A DNA stretch of 63,836 bases, counting the filler, from Octopus bimaculoides (lineage: Eukaryota): assembly GCF_001194135.2 (NCBI RefSeq). It is 7 parts of 7 records of this genome, joined end to end, with 100 filler letters (N's around TTAATTAATTAA, not from the genome) between each part and the next. Parts side by side here need not be neighbours in the genome. Positions count along the whole stretch, not along the records: positions 18,177 to 30,019 come from NC_068993.1; positions 30,120 to 46,524 come from NC_069007.1; 5 more parts are not named here. One strand, given 5' to 3'. The notes beneath the pieces were generated by a model. That model was not told where the DNA came from. It saw nothing but the letters and a program-made list of their open reading frames with translations, and made no database searches. The position numbers were made by a program, and so were the translations under genes. Each line of letters starts with the position of its first letter. Position 1 is the first letter of the stretch. Shown here one piece after another: positions 25,339 through 37,310 of this stretch.

Positions 25339-26524
25339 NNNNNNNNNNNNNNNNNNNNNNNNNNNNNNNNNNNNNNNNNNNNNNNNNNNNNNNNNNNNNN
25401 NNNNNNNNNNNNNNNNNNNNNNNNNNNNNNNNNNNNNNNNNNNNNNNNNNNNNNNNNNNNNNNNNNNNNNNNNNNNNNNNNNNNNNNNNNNNNNNNNNNN
25501 NNNNNNNNNNNNNNNNNNNNNNNNNNNNNNNNNNNNNNNNNNNNNNNNNNNNNNNNNNNNNNNNNNNNNNNNNNNNNNNNNNNNNNNNNNNNNNNNNNNN
25601 NNNNNNNNNNNNNNNNNNNNNNNNNNNNNNNNNNNNNNNNNNNNNNNNNNNNNNNNNNNNNNNNNNNNNNNNNNNNNNNNNNNNNNNNNNNNNNNNNNNN
25701 NNNNNNNNNNNNNNNNNNNNNNNNNNNNNNNNNNNNNNNNNNNNNNNNNNNNNNNNNNNNNNNNNNNNNNNNNNNNNNNNNNNNNNNNNNNNNNNNNNNN
25801 NNNNNNNNNNNNNNNNNNNNNNNNNNNNNNNNNNNNNNNNNNNNNNNNNNNNNNNNNNNNNNNNNNNNNNNNNNNNNNNNNNNNNNNNNNNNNNNNNNNN
25901 NNNNNNNNNNNNNNNNNNNNNNNNNNNNNNNNNNNNNNNNNNNNNNNNNNNNNNNNNNNNNNNNNNNNNNNNNNNNNNNNNNNNNNNNNNNNNNNNNNNN
26001 NNNNNNNNNNNNNNNNNNNNNNNNNNNNNNNNNNNNNNNNNNNNNNNNNNNNTTTTTTTTTTTTTTTTTTTTTTCGATAGTTGAAGGATTACTGCACTAA
26101 TGAATGGATTAATTGCCTTGCTAATAGGATTGCTGTGCTAAAAGTTAACTTGCTTTGAAAATAATTTTAAAATTTCCAAGCTAAAAGGTGAATTGCCTTG
26201 CCAATAATTGAAGAATTGCTGTGCTAAAAAGGAAATTGCCGTTAACGGTTGAAAAATTGCCTTGCTAAAACATCCATATTTTCTGGCATAGAAGTTGTAT
26301 TTTTCGAGCCAAAATTTATAGCCAAAAGAAGATCGACGTATACACCAGGATGGTTTTGGAGGGTCAAAACTTCCATCTGAAATGCAAGGAAGGACAGTGA
26401 TAATATTTGAATATTTACGCTACATGCTTACATTGTATACCACGTCAACTTGTATGCCGAAAACTACGATAGTTGAAAGATTGCTTCTTCGAAAGTTGAA
26501 TAATCAATTAGCTTTAATAAAATT

Positions 26525-26784
26525 GTGGAGGCGCATGGCTTAGTGGTTAGGGTGTCAGCATCATGATCGTAACATTGTGGTTTCGATTCCTGGACCGGGC
26601 GACGCGTTGTGTTCTTGAGCAAAACACTTCATTTTCACGTTGCTCCAGTCCACTCAGCTGGCAAAAATGACTAACGCTGCGTTGGACTGGCGTCCCGTCC
26701 AGCTGGGGTACACATACGCCATTGAAACCGGGAAACCGGACCCATGAGCCTGGCTAGGCTTTAAAAGGGCGCATTTATTTATTA
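26525..26784 (+). mobile_element. Full-length tRNA-derived CORE-like SINE (family B) with 12-bp TSD
   Basis: GGCGCATGGCTTAGTGGTTAG (A box), GGTTTCGATTCC (B box), TTCTTGAGCAAAACACTT...CCACTCAGCTG (CORE-like), (ATTT)n tail. TSD TTTAATAAAATT at 26513-26524 and 26785-26796. Confidence 0.88.
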
Positions 26785-27031
26785 TTTAATAAAATTAAGA
26801 TTAATTGCCTTGCTGTAAGATAAGGCAAAACTGCCTTGCTAAAGCCTGAAGATTCGCTTCCCTTAAAAGATAAGGAATTGCCTTGTTAAAAACTGAAGGT
26901 GAACCAATACGATTGAATTGTTGAAAAATTATTAACTGTTCCCTTACTGTAATCCAGTTTAGTCTTATTCTAAAACTTGAGTAGAAAGATCTGAGATGGT
27001 TAATATAATCAGCTCAGAAGGGTAAAAGGGT

Positions 27032-27372
27032 AAAGATCCCTCTTCAGTCATGAATGACCATGGGATTGCACCTAGAAAGTATCCCTCGAGACACATGACC
27101 TGGCAAGGTTGTTTATGGAAGACCAGCAGTCACCCATGCATACCAGCCTCTCCTCACCACGCTACTGATGTTATTCAAGGGAAAAGCAAAGGGCGATACA
27201 GCTTGGCACACCAGTCATGTCGCAACTCATTTTTACAGCTGAGTGAACTGGAGCAACGTGAAATAAAGTGCCACACTCAAGAACACAACACAGAGCCCGG
27301 TCCGAGAATCGAACTCACTACCTCATGATTATGAGACCGACATTCTAACCACAGAGCCAGCCATGCGCTTTC
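27032..27372 (-). mobile_element. tRNA-derived SINE with the family-B head/CORE but a different body
   Basis: Minus strand: GCGCATGGCTGG..GTGGTTAG, GAGTTCGATTC, TTCTTGAG..CACTTTATTTCACGTTGCTCCAGTTCACTCAGCTGTAAAAATGAG, then an unrelated 3' body ending (TTTACCC)n. Confidence 0.75.
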
Positions 27373-27743
27373 ACAATCAGTTCATAGCGGGGTGCCAATT
27401 AATGGCTTTTTCGTTGATCACAAAAGACCGAGCCATTGAGGATAATATAAACACGATAGAATACAACACACAAAAGATGGGGTTTATATCGAGGAACCGT
27501 ATGACAAATGTAACCAACCTCATTATTTTGTAGCCACTTTCTCATAATGATTATACTCTCACCTGAGATTTCTTCCCGTTGTTTCTTTTGTATGAAATAT
27601 ATTCAACGAGTCACATCAGAAATAGATTCCGCGAAAACGCAAAGAAGCGCGGATTTCGCGTGACCCAAACATTAAGAACAAATTAGCCAATAGACACAGC
27701 AGGGCACAGAGAAGAGAGAGGAGAGAGAGAGAGAGAAAGAGAG

Positions 27744-27812
<69 letters not shown>

Positions 27813-28091
27813 ACAGACATACAGACAGACAGACAGACAGATAGACAGACAGACAGACACGTTATGTTCATGAAAATGCGATAGTAAGATAGCAGCAGAG
27901 AGGAATTATAGGAGTGATTCTTCTGTGGTGTAAGAACTTTGTTTCCAAACCACAAGGTTTAGGGTTCAAACCCACATTGAAGCAGCTTAAGCAACTATCA
28001 TCCGCTAGAGTCTCAAAACTGTGTGAGGCGATTTAGTAGACGGAACCTGAAAGAAGCCTGTCATGTATGTAGATACGTGTGTGGATGTGGG

Positions 28092-28154
<63 letters not shown>

Positions 28155-28320
28155 GTATTTCTCTATGTGTTTGTCCTCCACCGCTACTTGACAGCCTATG
28201 TTGGTTTGCTTTACATCTCTATTACTTAGCGGTTCAGTCAAAGATACCGATGGAATGAGTACCAGATTTTAAAATAAATATCTTAAAAAAAAGGTAGTAT
28301 CATACCCTAGGCAAGAAGCA

Positions 28321-28377
28321 GCAAGCCCGCTACGCATGCAAGACTCCAGGAGTCCCGACAAACCTGAGTTAAAAAGA
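28321..28377 (+). mobile_element. 3' UTR fragment of the R4/Dong-like LINE family
   Basis: GCAAGCCCGCTACGCATGCAAGACTCCAGGAGTCCCGACAAACCTG resembles the reverse complement of 32472-32518 (GTAAACCCGCTGCGCATGCAAGACTCCAAGAGCTTCAGCAAAACCTG). Confidence 0.65.
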
Positions 28378-31300
28378 ACACCAACACCACCGCCACCAAC
28401 AACAAGAACAACAACACCATCACCACCACCAACAATAACAATAATAATAATAATAATAATAATCGTTTCTACTATAGGCACAAGGCCTGAAATTTACATC
28501 AACCCCAGTGTTTCACTAGCACTTAATGTATCGATCCCGAAAGGATGAAAGGCAAAGTGGACCTCGGCGGATTTTGAACTCAGAACGTGAAGACAGACGA
28601 AATGCTGCTGCTGCTGCTGCTGCTGCTGGTGGTGGTGGTGGCGCCGGCTTTGATGGTGGTGGTGGTGGTGGCAGTTTTGATGGTGGTGGTAGTGGTGATA
28701 CTATCAGTCAATGAGTTAACATTTAATCAATCAAATAATCAGTTGTTCTGATTGATCGTTCGGTCACTAGATTTGTCCAAGTTCTTCCGTCGCAATTCGC
28801 AACTTCTTCAACGACATTGCCTTCTCCTTACTCCGCTTGTGATTCAGGTCTGTTTGCCCGTCTCCTTTTTTTGTAGATATAAGTAAAAATCTCTGCTAGT
28901 TTTCCTTCATTGTTCATTATAAAAGTTTGTAGTCATTTAATAGATATATACCACAGCAGTTTCATAATTAAAGACGACTTTGATAAATATCCTCATTCTC
29001 TGTCGGTTATTGCTTAGTGTATTATATACTGCTTTGGCACAGTCACTAGAGCGTCGGACAAAACGATTTACTGAATTTATTTATGATCCTTTACGTGCTG
29101 TGTTCAAATTATGCTGCGATCAACTTTGCCTGTTATCCCTCTGAATCCATAAACTGAAACACCAGCTAAGACCTGGGGTTGGCGGCAGCGACTAATACAC
29201 TTGATGCGAAAACTCTAGCTTTGATCCTAACTAAGAAACAATTATTTTGATTGTATTCACAATCTAGTTATATAATAATTCCCTTACCTTCCATTTCTAA
29301 ATATAACTAATTTTTTATAACTATAACTCATTAAAAACCAATTAGTCTGAGATTTAATTGATACACAATGGTTTCTGTTACACATCTATCTTAACATTGA
29401 ATATTAATTCAATGAATTTATGACATTCATATCTAAACTTCAATTTCATTTGTCTGTATTGTATTGTATCTAGTTATTGTATTCTTTCTATTCTGAGGTT
29501 TGTCTTCAGCCTAATTTTCTTCTTTTATTCCTTATGTAAGACGATGTTATTGTTTACATCTTAATTTTCTTCGCTTCCACGTAGCCATATTGTATATTTC
29601 TCGACTAAATTTGAATTTTTGAACAGATTACTTGAACGAAATGTATCAGGTTATCCAGTTGCTTGTTACCTGTTAATACACAGCTTCAAATCATCCACAT
29701 ATACGCGTTCTCCTATGCAATGTTATATAATATCGTAAATTTAATTAGCGAATTTATATGTATATACGTTGTTTACATAGATGTATTTGTATAGGAAAAG
29801 TCATAACTTTACATATTCTTTACATATTCACATATGAAATGTCGTGACTTTCATTGTTGGCTCAAAATTCTATAGAAAAGTGACTGAATCGCACTGCTAA
29901 CACAAAAATTAGGACACAGTTTTGACTTATAAGTAAAATTAATAGGATATTATGGTTGCAAAATGAAATACGATGTCACTTTCAGCAATTATCGTATATA
30001 TATCTATATATATATATATNNNNNNNNNNNNNNNNNNNNNNNNNNNNNNNNNNNNNNNNNNNNTTAATTAATTAANNNNNNNNNNNNNNNNNNNNNNNNN
30101 NNNNNNNNNNNNNNNNNNNTATATATGTATGTGTGTGTGTGTGTGTGTGTATATGTTTGTATATGTGTGTTTGTCCCCCTATCATCGCTTGACAACCGAT
30201 GCTGGTGTGTTTATGTCTCCGTAACTTAGCGGTTCGGCAAAAGAGATCGATAGAATAAGTACTAGGCTTCTAAAGAATAAGTCCTGTAGTTGATTTGCTC
30301 GACTAAAGGCAGTGCTCCAGCATGGCCACAGTCAAAAGACTGAAACAAGTAAAAGAGTAAAAGAATATATATATATATATATATATATACAGTGTGTGCG
30401 TGTATGTATGTGTGTGCGTGCATGTGTATGTGTGTGAATAAATTTTGATGCAGTGTATTAAAATGTGGTAAGATACATTTTAAACATGTATTTAAAATTC
30501 AGTTGTCGATGAAATGCTAGATAATTATTACGTAAATGTATAAGTTCATTATTGAAACATATGTACAATGGTTATTTAAATAAATCCTTTTAAATATTAT
30601 GGATATGTGAGAGAGAGAGAGAGATTAAGAATAACAGCGGAACGTTTTGCTGTCCTCAATGAGATTAGAGTAACATGACACAAATGTTTTCTTAAGTGAT
30701 TTCTGTATCGGAACAAATATTTCAATTTTATTCAGAATGTCCAGAGTAGTCAAAACACCGGAGTCTGACGATCTGTCGTTTGTGGTTTTTTGGGGATTTT
30801 TTTTTTTTCTCTTTGAAAAATTTCCCTGACACAAAAATATTACAGCTTTCATTATCATTTCTTGCTATCTCCGCCTGCGGAAGAATGTGCATCAAAGTGA
30901 AGTAGTTTCCTCCGTTGTATGAATCTGTTATTGGACGTACATCATGTTAGCTTCATCAGCCATAGTCGCCCATGCAGGCTTTCGAACATGTTGGAAGAGG
31001 GCATTAATTTTGGGTTTTCTTGTCCTAGATTGAGCGTTTTTACCGCAGCTAAGGAGCTCAATCTACCCTTATAAAAACCCATAATTGCGGCCCTCACAGG
31101 TACTGCCGTTTCAGGTTAGAACGGATCTGAGAGTAATGGTAATTAAGGAGGGACTTCACACTCCCTACAAGTCCAGAAATCCTAGACAGAAGCCTCGCCA
31201 CCGGATGCAATTTAATGCCATACGCAAGACATTACAGTTCTACGTTTGTATATACACATTAACCTGTAGCACACTGCAGGAACACCATGCCACCGTATGA

Positions 31301-31394
31301 GTTTTCTCCGTTGTAGTTACAGGACAGTGACAGGGGAAACAATTCCAGAGAGAACGTAGTGTGCTAAAGGTTAAATATAACCTTGATCTTAATT

Positions 31395-31640
31395 CCACCT
31401 GTAAGCTTGGCCCTGTTCTTTGGGCACCTGCCTCATCCCAACTGATGCAAAGTGGTTTCAGATCTTCGAAAGTGACGCCCCATCTCTTCTTGGGTTTCCC
31501 TGTTTTTCTTCGTCGCTCTGGTGGTACACATTGTTTAAGTGTCTTGAATATTTGTCCTTCTAGCAACCGGAAAACATGACTTGCAAAACATTCTTCTTCT
31601 TTCCTCTACAATCTCCAGCAGGCTGTATTATATAGACTGC
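31395..31640 (-). mobile_element. RTE-clade LINE C-terminal fragment
   Basis: SHVFRLLEGQIFKTLKQCVPPERRRKTGKPKKRWGVTFEDLKPLCISWDEA resembles the RTE GHVLR...W.PPG.RR.GRPK.TW...F..DL motif. Confidence 0.65.
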
Positions 31641-32242
31641 CTCTTCTCAGGACATCAGAGTTTGTGATTCTGCACATGCTTCTAGTTCGTATATTGATTC
31701 TTTATCGCATCGTCATATCGATAATATTGCCGTGATTTAGACATATATAATCCTCAGAATCTCTCTAACAATTCTAAAATACAAAATACATTCGTGTTCT
31801 AAGACTTTTGAGCTTGTTATTTCATATTGATATATTTTTTTTTCAAAAGAAGAGATATTTACAAGTTACTTTTTCGTTTGCGGAATATTCACCTGCCAAT
31901 TCTTCGATTTCATACTTTTGCATCACGCTTCCATCATTTCATATGATACATTGCTGCAATTACCCTTCTTGTATCCATTTCTCAGAACTTTGAATCTTTT
32001 CTTTCTTTTTCTTTCAATCTCCTTCACTGAGATGACGTACTTTTGTTCCGCTCAGGCATGTGACATCTATCTCTCTGTTTGTCTGTCTATTTACATACCT
32101 ACCTAGCTATTTGTCCATCTACTTATCTATCTATCTACCTATTCGTCTATCTGTCTATCTATTTATCTGTCTTTTTATCTATTTGTCTGCCTATCTAGCT
32201 GTCTGTCTGTTTGCCTATCTATTTACCAACCTATCTAGATAA

Positions 32243-32280
<38 letters not shown>

Positions 32281-32444
32281 ACATCTCTTTCTTTCTATTC
32301 ATCCATTTCTCTATAATTTTTATCTATCTATCTATTGTTGCAACACAGAGATTAAAGAGATTCCTTGAGGCTTGATGACGTGGTCACGTTTTGCGGAAGC
32401 TCATTTTCCCCGCCGCTCTTCACCGTGGACGAGCTTCATCATTA

Positions 32445-33422
32445 TTTTTTTTTCTCTCTCTCTCTTTATCACAGGTTTTGCTGAAGCTCTTGGAGTCTTG
32501 CATGCGCAGCGGGTTTACTACCGGTACCGTGCTATCCATTCTTTTCAGCTAATACTTTTCTGATTATTCAGGCCGTGCCAAGAAGGCAAACCTTTTGTAA
32601 CAGTCCCACTGGACACCCTATTCCAATTTCCTTTATATTCCTCTTGATGCCTTCTGATATTGTTCCCAAGAACCCCAAAATAATTGACGCTCTCTTCACC
32701 TTCTTCATTTTCATAGCCTAGCTATTTCGTACTTAAAAGGGTTGTGCCTATCTATCTTTTCGTCTTCCTTCTTGACTATTTGTGGGTCAAAGGGGCATGC
32801 AACGTCAACTATATAGCATATGTGGTGCACCACTAGGTACGGTCTGTTATGCTCTAGCACCTGATCTGTTTGGATTGGGAAATCCCAGAGGATTTTGCTC
32901 GTCTCTGACTCTGCCACTCTCTGCGATATGTACTCATATCACGTCTTGCTTCTCTCTAGGCCCCACTTTTCGCACAGTCTCCAATGTAGCATTTTCACTA
33001 CCTGGTCGTGTTGCCATAACGTGTAGTAGTTTGGGGCAAGTCTAGGGCATTCGTGATACGGTCAATGGTTTCATCCACTCTATTGCAGATGCGGCACAGC
33101 GGAGACACTTGCTCATTCCTAAGGTTGACCCTCCAGTTCTTGGCCAGAGTTTGGCCCTGCACTGCCAGTATAGTGCTCTCGGTCTCTTTTTTCAGGGTTC
33201 CTTTCATCAGCCAATCCTACCTATTTTTTTCCAGTAACTTCTCTTGTAACTACATGGAATTGATTGTGTAGTCCCTTCTTGCGCAATTCTTCTTCATGTC
33301 CTTTTTGTACTTCTTCCTTTGTTTTCCCTTTTTTTCTGCTCCCAATACTCCCTCCATCTTAACTGTCACTAGCAAGGATTCCTTACTTTGGACTAGGTAT
33401 CTCATTAAGCTCCCGAGTTCGA
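32445..33422 (-). mobile_element. 5'-truncated R4/Dong-like non-LTR retrotransposon (restriction-like endonuclease)
   Basis: LHNQF...WLMKGTLKKETESTILAVQGQTL, zinc finger CRICNRVDETIDRI, then KILWDFPIQTDQVLEHNRPY(=RPD)LVV..IVDVACPFD..KEDEK...EIARL and LLQKVCLLGTA. Short A tail; frameshifted. Confidence 0.85.
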
Positions 33423-33427
33423 TATTA

Positions 33428-33505
<78 letters not shown>

Positions 33506-35856
33506 CAAGCAGTTATCGACTATTTGAAACAGCTGTAAAGATACGACTTGCATACATTCCTTACAACTGTCATTGTCATTCTTTCTACTTATATATATAT
33601 ATATATAAACATGCGTCCTCATATGTGCATACAAATNNNNNNNNNNNNNNNNNNNNNNNNNNNNNNNNNNNNNNNNNNNNNNNNNNNNNNNNNNNNNNNN
33701 NNNNNNNNNNNNNNNNNNNNNNNNNNNNNNNNNNNNNNNNNNNNNNNNNNNNNNNNNNNNNNNNNNNNNNNNNNNNNNNNNNNNNNNNNNNNNNNNNNNN
33801 NNNNNNNNNNNNNNNNNNNNNNNNNNNNNNNNNNNNNNNNNNNNNNNNNNNNNNNNNNNNATATATATATATATATAATGTATGTATGTATATACGTGCG
33901 TACACGCATATATGTGTGTGTGTATGTGTGTATGTATGTATGTTTGTATGTATTAATGAGCATGTGTTTGCATATGTGTATATTGATTTTTATATGAAAA
34001 ATTTCAGCTTCTTTACCTTCGTCGAATTCAAGCTAGTCACAAACAAAATGACAAAACTCGTGACTTTTTTTTTTAAGACAAGACAGCTCTTGCTGTTTTT
34101 GGGATGTATAAATTAGTTGTTGTATGTGTATGCTTGGATAAACTAGCACTCGAGTATTGAACATACATGTCACTCTAATGCACTGGTGTACGTCCTTCAT
34201 TTCTGTTTATGCATGTATGTATGCATGTATATATATATATATACCTGCGTTCGTGTATCTAATATAGCTTTGTAATTTTATACCTGTGTTGTTAGGTATG
34301 TAATTGTATGCAGGTCAGAAAGTATGTTTGTACGCAGATATGTTTGAGAAAATTCTGTAAATATCCATACAAAAATAAAAATAAAAAAACATACAAAGAA
34401 TTATGCAGAAATATTTTCGAAGAAAAATTTTAAAAGAACATGCTACAAAATTTTTTTTTTAAAATTTGAAAGAAAACCTAAAAATATGCAAACTAACAAA
34501 TGTATATTTGCTGTCTAAGCACGTACCGGCACTGCAGTTCTAACTGTCGTAATTTAATCTGGCTTTACGGCGAAGATTGGCATCTGTTAATCTGACTGTA
34601 GGACTCTTGTAGACTGTTTGAGCAAGGTGCTGCCTTACGATACATCGTAAAATTCTGATTTGTCTTATATATATATATATATATATTATTATTATTATTA
34701 TTCATGCTTAGTTTTGAGCAAATTGAAATAGTTTAGTTGTACGTGTATGCGCCTATGTATATNNNNNNNNNNNNNNNNNNNNNNNNNNNNNNNNNNNNNN
34801 NNNNNNNNNNNNNNNNNNNNNNNNNNNNNNNNNNNNNNNNNNNNNNNNNNNNNNNNNNNNNNNNNNNNNNNNNNNNNNNNNNNNNNNNNNNNNNNNNNNN
34901 NNNNNNNNNNNNNNNNNNNNNNNNNNNNNNNNNNNNNNNNNNNNNNNNNNNNNNNNNNNNNNNNNNNNNNNNNNNNNNNNNNNNNNNNNNNNNNNNNNNN
35001 NNNNNNNNNNNNNNNNNNNNNNNNNNNNNNNNNNNNNNNNNNNNNNNNNNNNNNNNNNNNNNNNNNNNNNNNNNNNNNNNNNNNNNNNNNNNNNNNNNNN
35101 NNNNNNNNNNNNNNNNNNNNNNNNNNNNNNNNNNNNNNNNNNNNNNNNNNNNNNNNNNNNNNNNNNNNNNNNNNNNNNNNNNNNNNNNNNNNNNNNNNNN
35201 NNNNNNNNNNNNNNNNNNNNNNNNNNNNNNNNNNNNNNNNNNNNNNNNNNNNNNNNNNNNNNNNNNNNNNNNNNNNNNNNNNNNNNNNNNNNNNNNNNNN
35301 NNNNNNNNNNNNNNNNNNNNNNNNNNNNNNNNNNNNNNNNNNNNNNNNNNNNNNNNNNNNNNNNNNNNNNNNNNNNNNNNNNNNNNNNNNNNNNNNNNNN
35401 NNNNNNNNNNNNNNNNNNNNNNNNNNNNNNNNNNNNNNNNNNNNNNNNNNNNNNNNNNNNNNNNNNNNNNNNNNNNNNNNNNNNNNNNNNNNNNNNNNNN
35501 NNNNNNNNNNNNNNNNNNNNNNNNNNNNNNNNNNNNNNNNNNNNNNNNNNNNNNNNNNNNNNNNNNNNNNNNNNNNNNNNNNNNNNNNNNNNNNNNNNNN
35601 NNNNNNNNNNNNNNNNNNNNNNNNNNNNNNNNNNGTAGGCTATGTCACGTTTCTGTGGAAGACATTACGCATGTGATTAGCAGCCGTCCTAAAATATCGT
35701 CACGGTACTACTTCCCTACGCAGCACTATGTTGTTGCTAAAACAATACGAATGAATTATGAGGAGTGAAACATTATGATGATGAAATGTTTTTCTATCCA
35801 CCAAAGTAAAAAGTTCTATTTTACTGTTTTTACAATTCAGTTTGTGTCGCGTTTAC

Positions 35857-37310
35857 CTAAAAAAAAAAAATATTTAGATCTGCAAAATTTACCCCTGGTG
35901 GTAATTCATCGTATCCAACTCGACATGGTACATTGTCCACTCTGCTTCCGAATATCTCTGTCAGTTTAGCCGCCCTTTCGTCATCCAGCAACACTGCTTT
36001 CAGGTTTCTGTTCTCCTCCCTATCAACCAATCTCACTCTTATTACGCCTTTCATTTTTGCAATTCGTTTTTCCATTTCAATACTTTTCTCGTACATCACT
36101 ATCAGTCTTTCATGCTTTCCTTTGCGTAACATTCCCTCTTCATTTTCTGTCGTTAGTTCTGGCATTTCTATTTCGCTCTGTTGCTCGTCTTTCAGTTCCT
36201 TCCGTCCCTCCTCTTCCTTACTTGTTGAAGGCTCCGGTTCCTGTGTTCGATCTCCCGTCGCTTCATTTTTTTCGTTTTTCCTTTTTCTCTGCTTTTCTTT
36301 TCTTTTTCGGAGGGGGGATTCACTATTTTCTCTCCTCTCTACCTCAGTGAACTCTGTTTCTTTCTCTGTTATTACATTTACTTCTTCCTGGCACTCCACC
36401 TCCTGTTCGTATTCCTGGGGACACTTTGCCTTTATGTGCCCCCTTTCTCCACATTCGAAACATATTGGCGGTCTGCCCTCCACCATGATTCTCAATCTGG
36501 TTTCGTCGAGTAGGATTATCTCTTCCACAATTTTGTGGAGGTCAGGTAGGCTGATATGTACCATCCCTACCAGTTGACCTCCGCTGTCTTTGACATTTTC
36601 AGTGTCTCTGCTTTCTCCTCTGTAGTGTTGAGGATGGCTGCCACAAGACAGTCCTCGTTAATTTCGGGTGGCACTCTCCTTATCCTTACTCTGGCTGCGC
36701 GTCTGCCACAGTAAGTAGGTAAGAGTGCCCACTTTACCGTTTTCAAGGCTACGGTGGAGCACTTCTTTGCTTCGTTCTCATTAACGAAGCGCACCTCCAC
36801 CGTGCCAAATTTTCTTCTTCTGTTATAGGATGTCGTTACTTCCTTTACGTTCTTTGAGCATTCTTCTATTTCTTCGACGCCTGCTATTTCTACTTTTCTT
36901 CAGCGTTCGATAAATAATCATTTTTCATTCCGACTTATCTGCTACTTCTTTATGGGGCGGGGGTCAGTCTAAGGCTTCCTCCTACCTTCTTCAACAACTT
37001 ATCAAATTTCTTGTCGTCTATGCCTTTTACTTCTAATTCTCGCACCTGCAGTAGCTCGGCTGTCAGGCTTCTGCCTGTTACCGCAACATAACTGCCTGTC
37101 TGCACATGTGAATTCATATCTCTGTTATTCATCGCTTCACCCATAAATGGGGAAGCCAAACAAAATCTTCAACAATTTCACAAATGCAATCCAACAACTC
37201 CGCAACTCAACCAATTCAGAAACTCAAACACGAAGTCGCAACTCACCACTGTGGGGAAACCCACCCCCACTCGCAAAATGTGAGGAAAACACACCCCACT
37301 CGCAAAATGC
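35857..37310 (-). mobile_element. Degenerate gag/ORF1-like coding element (RRM-like regions + CCHC knuckle), L1/Tx1-type
   Basis: Broken frames 37159-36950, about 36900-36567 and 36564-35857: SYVAVTGRSLTAELL..., FGTVEVRF, RVRIRRVPPEI, EGRPPICFECGERGHIKAKC (CX2CX4HX4C), then an acidic/basic linker. Confidence 0.75.

Noticed and set aside
26525-26610. tRNA genes at SINE heads
   Set aside because: A and B boxes run straight into SINE bodies with no acceptor stem; these are SINE heads.
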